The translations under genes and the position numbers were made by a program. From the human T2T-CHM13v2.0 reference genome, Homo sapiens, in NCBI RefSeq assembly GCF_009914755.1, contig NC_060932.1: a DNA stretch of 64,000 nucleotides. One strand, written 5' to 3'. The notes under the pieces were generated by a model. The model searched no databases. It was given only the letters and a program-made list of their open reading frames with translations, and had not been told where the DNA came from. Of this stretch, positions 45,032-59,110 are shown piece after piece; the stretch's first letter is position 1; every line of letters begins with the position of its first letter.

Positions 45032-48000
45032 GATGAACCCAGTACCTCAGTTGGAAATGCAGAAATCACCTGTCTTCTGCATCGCTCACGCTGGGAGCTG
45101 TAGACTGGAGCTGTTCCTATTTGGCTATCTTCTACAAAAAATTTTTAAAGAATATTTTTAAGAAATATTTGCAAAAAACATTGATAAAGGAATTAATAAT
45201 ATCTATTATAAGCAAAGGGCTTATATGCATGTAAAAGAAAAAACATAACCAATTTATATAAATAGGTAAAAGTTATACATGGACAATTCATACAAAAAGA
45301 AACCCAAAATCCAAGTGATTTGAACAATACATATGTGTAAAGACAATCCATTTTAACTATGAAATACTAATTCTTATCCATTATATTAGTAAAATGTTTA
45401 AGGTGATAACATCCAGTGCATGTACAGAGTTCGGTGAAACAGTATTCTCATATACTTCTGGCATAAATATGAAGCAATCTGGTAATATCTGTTACCAGGT
45501 ACTATTCTTCAACTCAAAAGTTCTATTCCTGTAAGGCTATGACATAAAAATAAAAGCTCTGATGCCTTAGAATATATGCTCAGAAAATCTCTTTCTGTAG
45601 AAGAGATTTTTGTAGAAGAAAAAATCAGCAAGTTGTCCCTCAATAGGAAAATAATTGAATATATTGTGTTATATCCATCCATGGGATTTTATGTAGCCAT
45701 AAGAAAACATAATTTAAAGACAGGCTAAATTTCCATTATTCAGTCAGAAAGTTAAGATGCAGCAAAAAGTATATGGAATTATCCCACTTTTGTGGGAAAA
45801 GAATTGATTTTAAAAACCCCATGTATGAGAGTGTGGGTATATAGATTATTTGCAAATAACTGAATGAGAATGGAGACAGAGGTATAAGGGCATTTATAGG
45901 CTGCCAGTGGTAATGTTCAAGGTATGAGGAAATAAAAACAGGGAGGATGAGAAGCAGAATTTCCAAAGAGTCACTGGAAAAATAAATATGATTTAGGGAA
46001 TATAAAATTCAATCTAGATTATTGGTTCACATTATAAAAACTAAATATATACATGAAGGTAACATGAATGGATTAAAATGTTGATTTGCTGGGCACTGTT
46101 ATTTCAAAATATGTACTGATTTTTCTGCATAAAGGGAAAAATATTACTGAAAAAAGCCAGGAAAACTTTGAAATGACAAAAAGGAAAGGAAAATTGTTAC
46201 AGCCTGTTGATTCAAATATGCTTGTGCTGGTTGGGCTTCTTCAGATTTTGGGTTATCGCAGCTGACAGGGAATTAAAGATAAGGCAGAGTAAAGAGAAAA
46301 AGGAAATGGATCTCTGAAGGCCTCATGGAAATCTCAGACATTGCTAATTGCTATTTAGGATAGAAAAGTGGCCTTGGCCCTCTGAGAAGAACCAGAACTC
46401 TAGGGTCTTCCCTGCTCATTTACATCTCTGCTTCTTTTTCTGTTTTAGAGGAAGACAACTGAGGTCTCCCTTTCAGTGGTAATGGGATCATGTCTAGAGT
46501 GTGAGTAAAAGCCAGAATAGGAACGAAATTCTCCACATAGAAGTAGAAACATACCCCACTGGCACTCCCAGGGATCAGCTGTTGTCATTCAAATCTTTTG
46601 GAGCAGTATCTCTTTCTGGATTCTCATTCCGTAAGGTAGCATAAAAGTTTTTGGGCTCAGAGGGAGTCCACCATGAGACTGCCCTCTTGGAAGAATCCTC
46701 TGAGTTGCCACACATAATACCATGGAAGTCAGGCTGTGCTTTGCATGTGGTCGTAAGGCATATTCTTTCACCTTGTTAGTAGGTCATGTGTTTTCATTTA
46801 TTGCCCATATGATTCAGTCCTACAATAAGGACAGACATATGTTCCCAAATCAGCTAGGTCTGGAGCTCTTGAGGGACTCTGCAGAAAGGCAGGGGTTGCT
46901 GGTCCCTGATGGCCATGTGGCTCTAGCATAAGATATTTTCTGCATTTGGGGAGAGGAAAGAGAGGGGTAATGGGTGTCTTTCTTTAGCCTAAATTTGGAC
47001 CTAACTCATAAATGGATAACTTGAGAGATAGGCTGATAACGTGTCTTTATCACAACTGTTGCTCCTCTAAATTATTCTAGTAAAGTTTTCTCATAAGTAA
47101 AGTTTCTCATAAATAGCACCCAAATTTATCTTCTCTTTGGAATTTACTGAATGCTTTTACATATTTCATGCTTTATCATATGCAGTTATATCTTACAGCT
47201 AAATTTAATGCATTCCAAGTTTTATATTCTTCATAAATATTTTAATTCAAATAAGTAAATTTCAAAGTGTTATGTTTCCACCAAGACTGAAAATATAACG
47301 TATTAATCATTTCTGATTTTACTAATGTTCTCTAAATATCATAAACAAAATTAAGATTATAAATCTTGGTTTAGGTTGCTATTTCCTAAAATGGTCTGGT
47401 TTATATTTGAGAAACTTAAAAAATTTCCTGAAAATATTTGGAAAAATAGTTCATTTCATCCACAAATTGCATCACCAATTATGTATCTCCAATTATTCTG
47501 TTTTATCTACCTGATTTTTTACAGCCTAACTGCCTAATTTGTCATCTGTGGCCTGTCACAACTGATTACTTTAAATATCACTCTTTTGTTTCACCAGTTG
47601 GAAAAGCTTGTTTTGATTCTTATGCCAACTACTCTCTTTAGGGAGAGATATAAACAAGAGAATTACAAAATGAAAAAATGAAGTTTTTTTTTCCACTTTG
47701 GCTGGGAGAAATGTACACTTAATTAAGGTTCATAGGTTTTGGGCTCTCTCAGAAGGATCAAGTCTAGAAGGGAATTTAACCACTAATAAATTACCTCAGT
47801 ATGAAATACTCCAAATTTTGCAAGATTACTCTAAATTTATTCTCATTAACAGGAAAATGAATAAGAAAACCCACCTATGGAAAATTTTAATTTCCCTAGA
47901 GAATGAATGTTTTTGGAGATGAAGCAATTGAAAAGACACTTTAGTAAAACAACAAAGAAACTGCTAATCCAACCTTACTCTTGTTTTATATTTCAGAGAT

Positions 48001-48626
48001 TCTAGAAACCGAATAGGTTGTCTCCTACATTCTCTCAATTATTTGAAACTTACTTTTGAAAGGAAATATTAAAAGACTGTGCTGAATGCAGAAGTTACAA
48101 TTATTTTCTGAGTTTTACCCTACAATTTTTTTAAACCAAAATATCAGCTAGAGAATTGGTATGGTTTAGGAAAATTATAACAAATTGAATGCACTTGGTT
48201 AATCCTCAGATGTTAGTTTATTAGGAACTATATTTACTAATCAAAGAAACATCTTCAAAACCCTGAATACTGCTGGATACCATTTGGCATATACTATGAA
48301 ATACTTCAGGAACCAATGGTTCCTTAGGAGACTAATTGGCATCCTTAATTAGATGTCTTGTTCCTGACCAAAAAGGCTAGTTAATTTAGAAGCTATCTTG
48401 TCAAGTCTGCCTCCCTCTCAATATGAACAGCTTTTGGTTCTATAAGCTTATTTTGTCTGCAGATGACAGTTCCTTTTTCTATTTTTTTCAAGTTTTCCTC
48501 AAAATAAGGTCTTAGTGAGAGTGGTAAGCACCTCAGTGACCCAACATACCCTACTTCTTTTCCTGTTTGAGTCATTTTGAATCTTTCCTTGCAAGTACTA
48601 ATAGAGCACCTACCATGTGGATACCA

Positions 48627-48744
48627 TAGAGACGGACTCTTGTAGCGTTGTCCAGGCTGATCTCGAACTCCTGGCCTCGAGCAATCTTTCCACCTTAGTC
48701 TCCCAAAGTGCTGGGATTACAGGTGTAAGCCACTGTGCCCAGCC
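48627..48744 (-). mobile_element. FLAM_C or AluJ left-arm fragment
   Basis: CTCGAACTCCTGGCCTCGAGCAATC...CCCAAAGTGCTGGGATTACAGG..CCCAGCC; monomer only. Confidence 0.85.
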
Positions 48745-48749
48745 TCAAA

Positions 48750-49500
48750 CTGTTGGTCACTTCTTTGCTCCCTTGACTTCTAAAATAGCACCCTTTCTTG
48801 ATTCTATTACCCCTCTGAGCATTGTTCCTTAGGCTTCTATATTAGTCTTCTCCTGACAAGTTATTTAAATGTCAGTAATGCCCAAAGGTTCTCTGGCTCC
48901 TAGTTTTTCACTCTGTTTGCCCTAAGTGAACTCATTCAGTCCAATGATCTCAGATAAAATCTTCACCCCAACTCAATCATCTATTTGGGGCTTAAAGGCT
49001 GTAGAACATTTCCAACTCAGTCAACCTAAATAACTGTTGTAGGTTGAGTTCCCTGAAAAGCAGACTAAGAATTTGCACAAGCTTATGCCTTATCTGAAAC
49101 CCACAATCCAGCCATTCCTAAATGCTTGCAGTCCTTATCAGACTACTCCATATCTCTATGCCTTTGATCATGATGCTCCTTCTGCCTGGAATATTCTTTC
49201 ATCCCACTCACTTGCTACTTAAAAATCCCTATTCATTTAAGCCTTAGGTCAAGCAGGAACCCTCTATGAAATCTTCCCTGGCTGCCTTTATCCTTCTCAA
49301 GTCATCCTGTTCTTTATCTTTATTTGTGGCTCTATCATGCCCCAACATATCGCTATCTTTATATCTATAATTCTTAATTATATTTTTTGTACCCAGGTCT
49401 ATCTGTTCTATTGGTTGTATTCTCCTTGAAGGCAAAAATGGTGTCTGATTGATTTCTGAGGAGCATGAAAGAAAGAACGTTAATTAATGATCAATGAATA
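48750..49500 (+). mobile_element. L2 3' fragments
   Basis: TGCCTTTG..CATGATGCTCCTTCTGCCTGGAAT and CTCCTTGAAGGCA, then an AATGA-type tail. Confidence 0.6.
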
Positions 49501-49745
49501 GATTGCTACACATAGGAGAGGAACTAGTTGCTAACAGATGGGATGAATCCGAGAAACAAACAACAAAACAAAAAAGCTTAGTTTTGCGACCTTCGTCAGC
49601 AATGCCAAACAACCTCGAGATAAAAGGGGAAGAGAATATGAAATACTCAGAGTGAAGAACTGAAAAGTTGGGTCATTGGAAGGATAAGGCATAGAGGAGA
49701 CCGAGGCTCCCAGTGAGAACTTCACTGAAATGGCTCCCCATGGGG

Positions 49746-50259
49746 CAGTGGTCCCTAACCTTTTTGGCACCAGGGACTGGTTTCATGGAAGACAATTTTT
49801 TCATGGGACAGGGTAAAGGATGGTTTCTGGAGGATTAAAGTGCCTTACATTTATTGTGCACTTTATTTCTATTGTTATTACATTGTAATATATAAAGAAA
49901 TAATAACTCACCATAATGTAGAATCAGTGGGAGCTCTGAGCTTATTTTCCTGCAACTAGGCGGTCTCATCTTAGGGTGATGGGAGACAGTGGCAGATCAT
50001 CAGGCATTAGATTCTCACAAAAAGCATGCGATCTAGCTCCCTCACATGTGCAGTTCACAATAGGGTTCATTCTCCTCTGAGAATCAGATGCCGCCACTGA
50101 TCTGACAGGAGGCAGAGCTTAGGCGGTAGTGCAAGCGATGGGGAGAGGCTGCAAATACAGATGAAGCTTCGCTTGCTCACAAGCTGTTCAGGACCTGCTG
50201 TACAGCTCAGTTCCCTACAGCCTAGTAGCTGTCGGTGGCCTGGGGGTTGGGAACCCCTG
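49746..50259 (+). mobile_element. MER1A hAT-Charlie DNA transposon
   Basis: TIRs CAGTGGTCCCTAACC / GGTTGGGAACCCCTG; internal GATCATCAGGCATTAGATTCTC and CTGATCTGACAGGAGG. Degenerate 8-bp TSD CCATGGGG/CCACAGGG. Confidence 0.9.
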
Positions 50260-51079
50260 CCACAGGGAATGGTCCATGTCCAAGGCAAATGTGCCATTAG
50301 TCTGCTGGATGAGCTGCCAAGACAGAGGTGCTCCAGGAACTGGAGGAGAAAGGTCAGAATCAATAATAGTGAGGCATTGGAAAGGCAGGCAGGAAAAAAA
50401 CATTTTAGAGCTTAAAATTTTGGAGATGAAGCAGTTTTCAGTGATGACAAAGTCCAAAGCACAATCTTAAATGTTGGTAGCTTAAGGGGAGGGTCATGAA
50501 GATAAAGGTTGTTTCCGCTGAAGAAATGGAAAATCTTTGATGTCAGGGATGGGGTGTTGATTATTAGAGTGACTATATATCCTGGGTTCTTTGAGTCCAT
50601 CCTGGGTGATGCATGCTGTTTCAGCACAATTATTAATAACATTTCTTTTTCTCTCAAACGTGTCCTTGTTTAGATGATGAATTATATGTTCACTCTAGTT
50701 CTTATTAACCTCCATGACAACATGATAATGCTTAGCGTAGCTAAGATGAACCTATTCTTCTGGACTTTGGAAGAAAAATCAGGCTGTCAAAATTAGAATT
50801 AAAATACAGTAGGGAATTCAAAGAAGAGCTATTGCAATTTACTGTGAGAAGATAATAATGAATGTATTTTTATTATAATGTATATCACAAAAAGAATTTT
50901 AAAAATTTACATTTATACATAATGCCATAGTTTTTCTGTAGTGTGGTTCTTTTTAGGTTTTTATGTTTAAAAGCATAAGATGAATTAAAACAAATTTAAA
51001 AATTATGTGACTAAATAATCTACAGTTAAAGGGGAACCTGTCGACTTGGAGATGTTCTGAAATATAATTGCAGCATTGT

Positions 51080-51260
51080 ATAGGATAAAGAGCAGAAGAC
51101 GAAATTAGAGGATCTAGGCCAGCTCTTTACCAGCTAACATGAAGATAACCACATTAATTATCCTCTCTAAGCCCATTTCCTCACTGGAAAAGTGGATAAT
51201 AATAATCATCTGACCTCTCACAGGGGTTGTGGTGAGGACCAAATGAAATAATGGAAAATT
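51080..51260 (+). mobile_element. MIR fragment
   Basis: CCTCTCTAAGCCCATTTCCTCACTGGAAAAGTGGATAATAATA..CACAGGGGTTGTGGTGAGGA. Confidence 0.65.
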
Positions 51261-52359
51261 TATTTAAAACTGTACTAATGTAAGCATACTAAATGTCCTT
51301 TCTCAAAACAAACAAACAAAAATTCTAGGTGAGTTATTAGTATTTTTGTTTTAAATTAACTTGAATATTTTATGTAATTATAGAGTTAACAAATAAATGT
51401 GTCACCATTTAATATATAAATAAATGAATTGCTCATGACTTACAAATTTATTTCATAAAAGGGAATGTGATGAACATTGAGAATAATGGGAAAGCACAGT
51501 TACCTTGTTAGAGATCTGTCTCTTCCTTTTACATGAAAAATAGAGTACTTAGTGAACCAAAGTTCTGATGAGAAAATGAGGTAATTTTTGGAGACAGAAA
51601 TATCCAATTCATTCCTTTGTAAGTATTTTACCCATAAAAACCCCAGCCTAGTCATCAGAAGGTCAACTGTTTTATAGATTAACTCACTCAACCCATGTCA
51701 GAGGTTAGGAACTCTCTGGTGAGAACAGCTGTGGGTTATTTGTCTTTCCACATCAAAAACTCAGGAGATTCTTTAGTAAATTAGGGAGGTATTAAGGGGA
51801 TGAAATTAGTTCCTTGTATAAAGAAAGTTCATACCACAAAACTAGTTATAGTTTCCCTATAATGAAAATAGGAAGTATTAAAAATTAATCGGAGCAGTGA
51901 AGCCTCCTAGAGAATCTGTCACCAATGGTGAAACATGTAAGATTATTTGATTTTTTTATTATACTTAGGATATTTTATTCAAAGATTAAAAATATGACAA
52001 AAATCATATTTAAAACACCACATATAGATTTACATTGGAAAATTCTTCATTTTTCATGTAAAATACAGATTTTTCAGAGAGCAAACTCGACTTTATTAAA
52101 AAGTGACAACTTATTCTTTCACACAGTTTGCAGTAAGTTGCAGCCAAGAATAACAGGAAAAGAATACAGACTTTTTGAAAATGATTATACTTTTGTAAGA
52201 AAAGAAATATATTTTAAATTCCACCTAAGGCCTAGGAGATCTGCTAGGCATATTATATGAATTATGACATTTAATTCTCATTTAGCAATTTATAAGGAGG
52301 TGGGGTAATACCCACTTTCACTTTTTATTAAGGGCGGGTACAGCTAGGTTAAGTTAGAA

Positions 52360-52885
52360 GTGAGGGTAGGTAGAATTCTCAAGATTCTTGTCACCTTTCC
52401 CCCAATCCATTCCCCTGGTTATTTAATCAGACATTTATCTAGGTAGTGTTAGGGAGGGATTTTGCAGTTGTAATTAAAATCCCAAGTCAGTTGACCTTAA
52501 GACATGGAGATTATCCAAATGGGCCCAATCTAATCACAGGAGCCCTTTAAAAGGCAGATGCAGAAATCAAGAGAGAGTCAAAGTGTGAGAAGCTTCCTTT
52601 TGCTGCTTTGAAGAGGGAGGGACCACGTGAGTGTGGGCAGCCTCTAGGAGCACAGCATGGACCTTAGTGGATAGCCAGAGAGTAAATGGGAGCCTTGGTC
52701 TTACAACCATAAGAAAGTGAATTCTTGGCTGACACCTGGATTTTGGCGTGGGAGACCCTAAGCAGAGGACCCAGTTAAGCCATGCCAGACTTCTGAACTA
52801 CAGACTTGTGAGATAATAAATGGGTGTTCTTTTAAGTTGCTAAATTTGGGGTATTTTGTTACATCAGCAATAGAAAACTCATACA
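52360..52885 (+). mobile_element. MLT1E-type solo LTR
   Basis: CAGTTGACCTTAAG..GGAGATTATCC, CCCTAAGCAGAGGACCCAG, and the end GCAATAGAAAACTCATACA. Confidence 0.75.
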
Positions 52886-53209
52886 GAAGCTCAAAGTCAT
52901 GGAGAAAGTAAGCAGTGGATCCAAGAAATAACCCATTCAGCGTAGAGTATTGTGATGAAAATAAATGAGAGCAAGACAAGCAGGTTGATTTAAAGAAATT
53001 TTGTTCATTAATTTTACGTTCATTCATTCATCTACCAAATATTTTTGACTACCTTGTATATGGCAAGCCTATTGCTGTAAGGTCTAGAGAGAAAAAATTC
53101 AGCCCCTTTCCTTAAAAAGTTCACAATTTAAGGGCTAGGGGCAGACAAGCAAATGGATCAGTGCAGTGCAGTGCAGTGTGTCTCTTAACTACTATAAAGA
53201 AATAGGCTG

Positions 53210-53609
53210 AGCCGGATGTGGTGGTTCACACCTGTAATCCTAGCGCTTTGGGAAGCTGAGGTGGGAGGATCACTTAAGGCCAGGAGTTCAACACCAGGCT
53301 GGGCAAGAGAATGAGACACCTGTCTCTACAAAAAAATAAAAAAAATAATAGCAGGGTATGGTAGTATGTACCTGGGGGTCTCACTGTGTTGCCCAAGGCC
53401 AGCCTGGGCAACAGAGTGAGATCTCCAACTCTACAACAACAACAAAAAATTAGTGATGTGCGATGGTGCACACCTCAGCTACTTGGGAAGCTGAGACAGG
53501 AGGATCGCTTGAGCCCAGGAGTTCAAGGTTACAGTGAGCATGGTCACACCACTGTACTCCAGCCTGGGCAACAGAGCAAGACCCTGTCTCAAAACAAAAA
53601 CAGAAACAA
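53210..53609 (+). mobile_element. Rearranged AluJ (internal duplication with a short inverted segment)
   Basis: Left arm, linker and start of the right arm; an inverted 25-mer at 53375-53399; then a restart at the left-arm end, a second linker and the right arm. ATAGGCT is present on both flanks. Confidence 0.85.
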
Positions 53610-53667
53610 GATAGGCTAGAGGTTATAGTAGCACAGATGCTTTTAGTCTGATTTCTTACCATGTTGT

Positions 53668-54020
53668 CTGTGGTAGGCAGATAACGACCCCCCAAAGATG
53701 TCCTTGTTCTAACCCCCAGAACCTGTGAATAGATTATATTACATGAGAAAAGAAAATTAAGGATGCAGATGGAATTAATGTTGTTAACAAGCTGACTTTA
53801 AGATAGGGAGAGTTTACTGGATTATCCAGGTGGGTCCAATGTAATCACAAGAGTACTTAAAAGTAGAAGAGGGAGGCAGATGAGAAAATCAGTAGGATGT
53901 GATGTGAGAAAAACTGGATGGATGGAGAAAAACAGTAATGGCTTTAGAGACAGAGGAATGGCCACAAGCCAAGGCATGTGGGAAGCTTCTAGAAACTGGA
54001 AAAGACAAGGGCATGAGTTC
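53668..54020 (+). mobile_element. MLT1D-type LTR, 5' part
   Basis: TGTGGTAGGCAGA..CCCCCAAAGATGTCC and GGATTATCCAGGTGGGTCCAATGTAATCACAAG. Confidence 0.8.
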
Positions 54021-54029
54021 TTATGATTT

Positions 54030-55164
<1,135 letters not shown>

Positions 55165-57456
55165 AAAAGAAAATAGAGCACATGGTTTAACTAAGGGACT
55201 GACCAACTTCCCAAATATAATCTTTCTCAAGAAAATATGGCTTCTTAAATACATAAGGGCAGAAAACTCATACATGTGAGAAGCTTTACAATTACTGCTC
55301 ATGCATTAAAATTCAGCTGTAGTGTACATTTCCTTGTCTGGTCTGTGGAATAAATGTGAAATTTAAGAAAGGATATTTTAATTAAATATAAGGACCCAGA
55401 GATGAAATAAGATAGTCTGAAAGAAAAGCAGGAAATGTTCTCACATCATCTTCTTGGAAAAAAAAGCATTCGGATAAACAGTTTGATGCACAGTGAATAC
55501 TATATTGAGAATTACACAATAGTGTGCTGAAATGAGTATAATTTATCTCGCTCAACATTCAGGAATAGACTTTTAAAAGACTTTTTTACTAAAAAGAGAA
55601 ACATTTTCAAGCCTCTAAAGTGCTCTAAGCTCCTCAGAGAAAAATGCTAAGTACAGGGTATTATTATTTCATGAGCTTTGGGCTTACTTTGACAGTCATT
55701 ATAGTTGTTCCATTTATAATATGCTGGGACGGCTTCCATAAAGTGCATCTTTTGTATGTGCATTTGTAATTCATTAAAAGCGCACACTCATTTTGGGAAA
55801 TGCCCTTTCAGAGATACGGGCATTGAAGTTGTGAGAAGGCAGCTACTTTGCCCAAATTACTTAGTGCCATCTGAGGGCACAGAGAGGGCCAGTCCCAACT
55901 GGAGCTCTTGGCATGATGTCTTCTGTTTCAAAATAGGGTCTCAGCAACTCTCTATGAATTATTTACACGAGAGAGATTTTTGAGAATTTCACTTTGCGGA
56001 CAGCTCTTTTGAGGATATAATTTGGCAAGGAATTATCATCCTTGCCTCTGTTTCTATAAAGAGGCCTGAAGACTGTAATAGGAAAACCATTAGATTTGAA
56101 AAATGTAATTTTATTTTACTTACAAATTTTATAATCTACAGGAAAAAAAGCCCAATCCATTTCTTTGTTAATATCATTCAATTGCAGCATATTTCATTTG
56201 TAAATGCAGTATGCTTTCCACTATTTTAATAAGCATTTCTGCTGCTTCTCTTGGGGTTTTGTGATCGCAGTCAATAGCCATAAACTGTGAAGATGTAACA
56301 GGATGTTTCATCTCATTAAGATGCCACGCAGCCAGGATTCCTTCGTCTTCCTTCTTACATCTGATTTGTGCTCCTCAAATATGACCTTTAAGGCCTTCAT
56401 TGCTTTGCAAACACATTGCATGTCCCAAGGGCACATAATTAAGTAGGTCACATGCTTCCTATTACATATTAGTGCTTGCCTTTCAACATGCATTTCCTCT
56501 GTTCCACTGTGGGAAAATTCTCTTTTTCATAAAGCATTCCTGAATAAGTTCTTGGCACTTTCCATAGAAAAAATGTCCTTGATATATTGTGGGAATACTT
56601 AAGGTCATGTGGGATTTCGTCAGTCATGAGAATAATTGGTCTCACATTTTTTAAAGAGTAGAGTCCACTTACACTAATTGTAGTATTGCCTTAGGCTTGT
56701 ATTTCTAGAGCATAAAAGAACTCTCAAGGATAAGAGTTTCAGTTGTACCCTTTGCCAATTAAAGTATGTCAATAATTTTTGAATAATGCTCTCTATAAAA
56801 TGTCACAATAAAAAAACCATTTCAAATGTATTTTGATAATCTTTGACATTAATAAATTGACTTGCATAAATGCATATGGACTTGGTCGAGTTTCTATTAA
56901 TTCCTTTTGAAAATGGTATTTCCTATGCATGCTGTAGGATTTGGCAATCAAATAAATAAATATGCATGCGGTAATTGTTTATAATTTTGCTCTCATAATT
57001 TTAACAACTGAGTGTGAATTTTGAGCAACAAGATAAAATTTCATTTTGCTATGATTATTGTAAAATATTTTAAAATATTTATTACAAGTAGATATTTTCT
57101 TTTTTCAAATTTATTTATTGAAATTAACAAATAAACTTGTATGTATTTAGTATAAGTAGATTTTGAAGAAAATCAGGATTAGTGGCTCTGTCCCTCCACC
57201 TCATCATATTATCCTTTGTAAACTCAGCAAATTTTCTCCACCCGAGTAATCAACTGGATTAATTCAAGATGAAGCATTTGTGCCCTAATTAACAGGCCCA
57301 TTTAATTAAATTGGATTTCGTGACTACTGACTTCTTCCTCCTAGTGAGACTAATAAAGAGATAGCAACAAAACTCAATTGAGTTTCACATGAAGATTGTG
57401 TTAAGAAATCAATAGGAGATGAGATGGTAGCAATGAAGACCCAGAACCGTATAGAA

Positions 57457-57626
57457 CAGTGCTTCCCAGATTTGATGAGCTTAAAAATCACCTGGAGATC
57501 CTGTTAAAACTGGAATTTCAATTCAGTCATCCTGGAGTGGGCCAGAGATTGATTCTTTGTTTCTAAAGAGCCCTCAGGTGATGCTGAAGCTGTTTGGAGA
57601 GAGGAACCATGTTTTGAATAGCAAGT
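57457..57626. mobile_element. MER5A hAT-Charlie element
   Basis: CAGTGCTTCCCA, AATCACCTGGAGATCCTGTTAAAA, CAGGTGATGCTGA and TTTGAATAGCAAG. Confidence 0.75.
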
Positions 57627-57964
57627 TCATAGACAAGTGTTGTATCACAGTTTACTATTTGTATAAGTACTATTGTTCAGTGCACAGTTCTGTGGGACCA
57701 CTCAAGGATGAGCTGCCTCCTTTGGTTGTAAAAGAAGAAATACCTGAGGGAATTGTAGCAATGCATTGGGTTTCAAAATGTACCTTCCGGATTCAAATAC
57801 AACTGTTTGGCTTCTCTCATCTTTGTCCCTTGCTGTTACTTTTGCACCAACCTAATAGAACTGTCCTGAACTACAGCTATTGACTTTAGGCAGGATGGCT
57901 GGTGTTGATTTTATTCTGAAATATATCATTGCGTGATAGTGACAAGTGGAAAGCATGGGCCTAA

Positions 57965-58514
<550 letters not shown>

Positions 58515-58699
58515 TAAGAAATTTTATTATCCAACTAAAATTCATAATCAAGATCTTTGAATTTTTCTTTAATCTTATCTACAGAAATTTGGAAACAAAA
58601 CCAGTACAGTTATGAAAAGCATATTCTTCATTTAACTTATAGCCAGTAGTTTTTCTCTGCAGCCATAGTTTCAAAGCCTTTTGTTTTCTTTTTTTCTTC

Positions 58700-59110
58700 T
58701 TGAGCATCAAGCCGAGTATGCTTTATTGGATGGCCAAAGAGCAGAGAAGAAAAAGCATGGCTCACAAATCAACTTCTCACCTACTGAGGGCATTACAATA
58801 TAGGGTTTCTCTAACGAAGGGGCTGGACATTAAAAGTGAAGGGAGAAATATTTATGTCTTTCTTGGAAATAGGTGGTGAATTTCTCAGAACCAGAGTGCC
58901 ACCTTCCTGTTTGTCCTTTATAGTTTTTTCTGGTCATTGTCATGACAATTATCAACTGTCATGGTGCTGGTGAGAGTGTCATTTAGCATGGAAATGAGAT
59001 TATAATGAAGCCTGAGGTCTTTTTAAAGTTGTTCAGCTGACTATCTTGGTTGTAACTAGTCTCAGGTGGTCTGGTTACAAAGGTAACTTTTCACCGCAGG
59101 CATCTTACTG
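58700..59110 (-). mobile_element. ERV1 (MER4-group) LTR fragment, subfamily uncertain
   Basis: Reverse poly-A signal TTTATT at ~58722. AACTGTCATGGTGCTGGTG..GTGTC..TTAGCATG resembles the MER41-group motif also seen at ~35790-35810. Confidence 0.5.

Noticed and set aside
51925-52260. 111-aa ATG-initiated ORF in AT-rich unique DNA, and similar short ORFs elsewhere in the track
   Set aside because: Composition simply mirrors AT-rich DNA (F/I/K/L-rich), with no domain motif and no exon structure.
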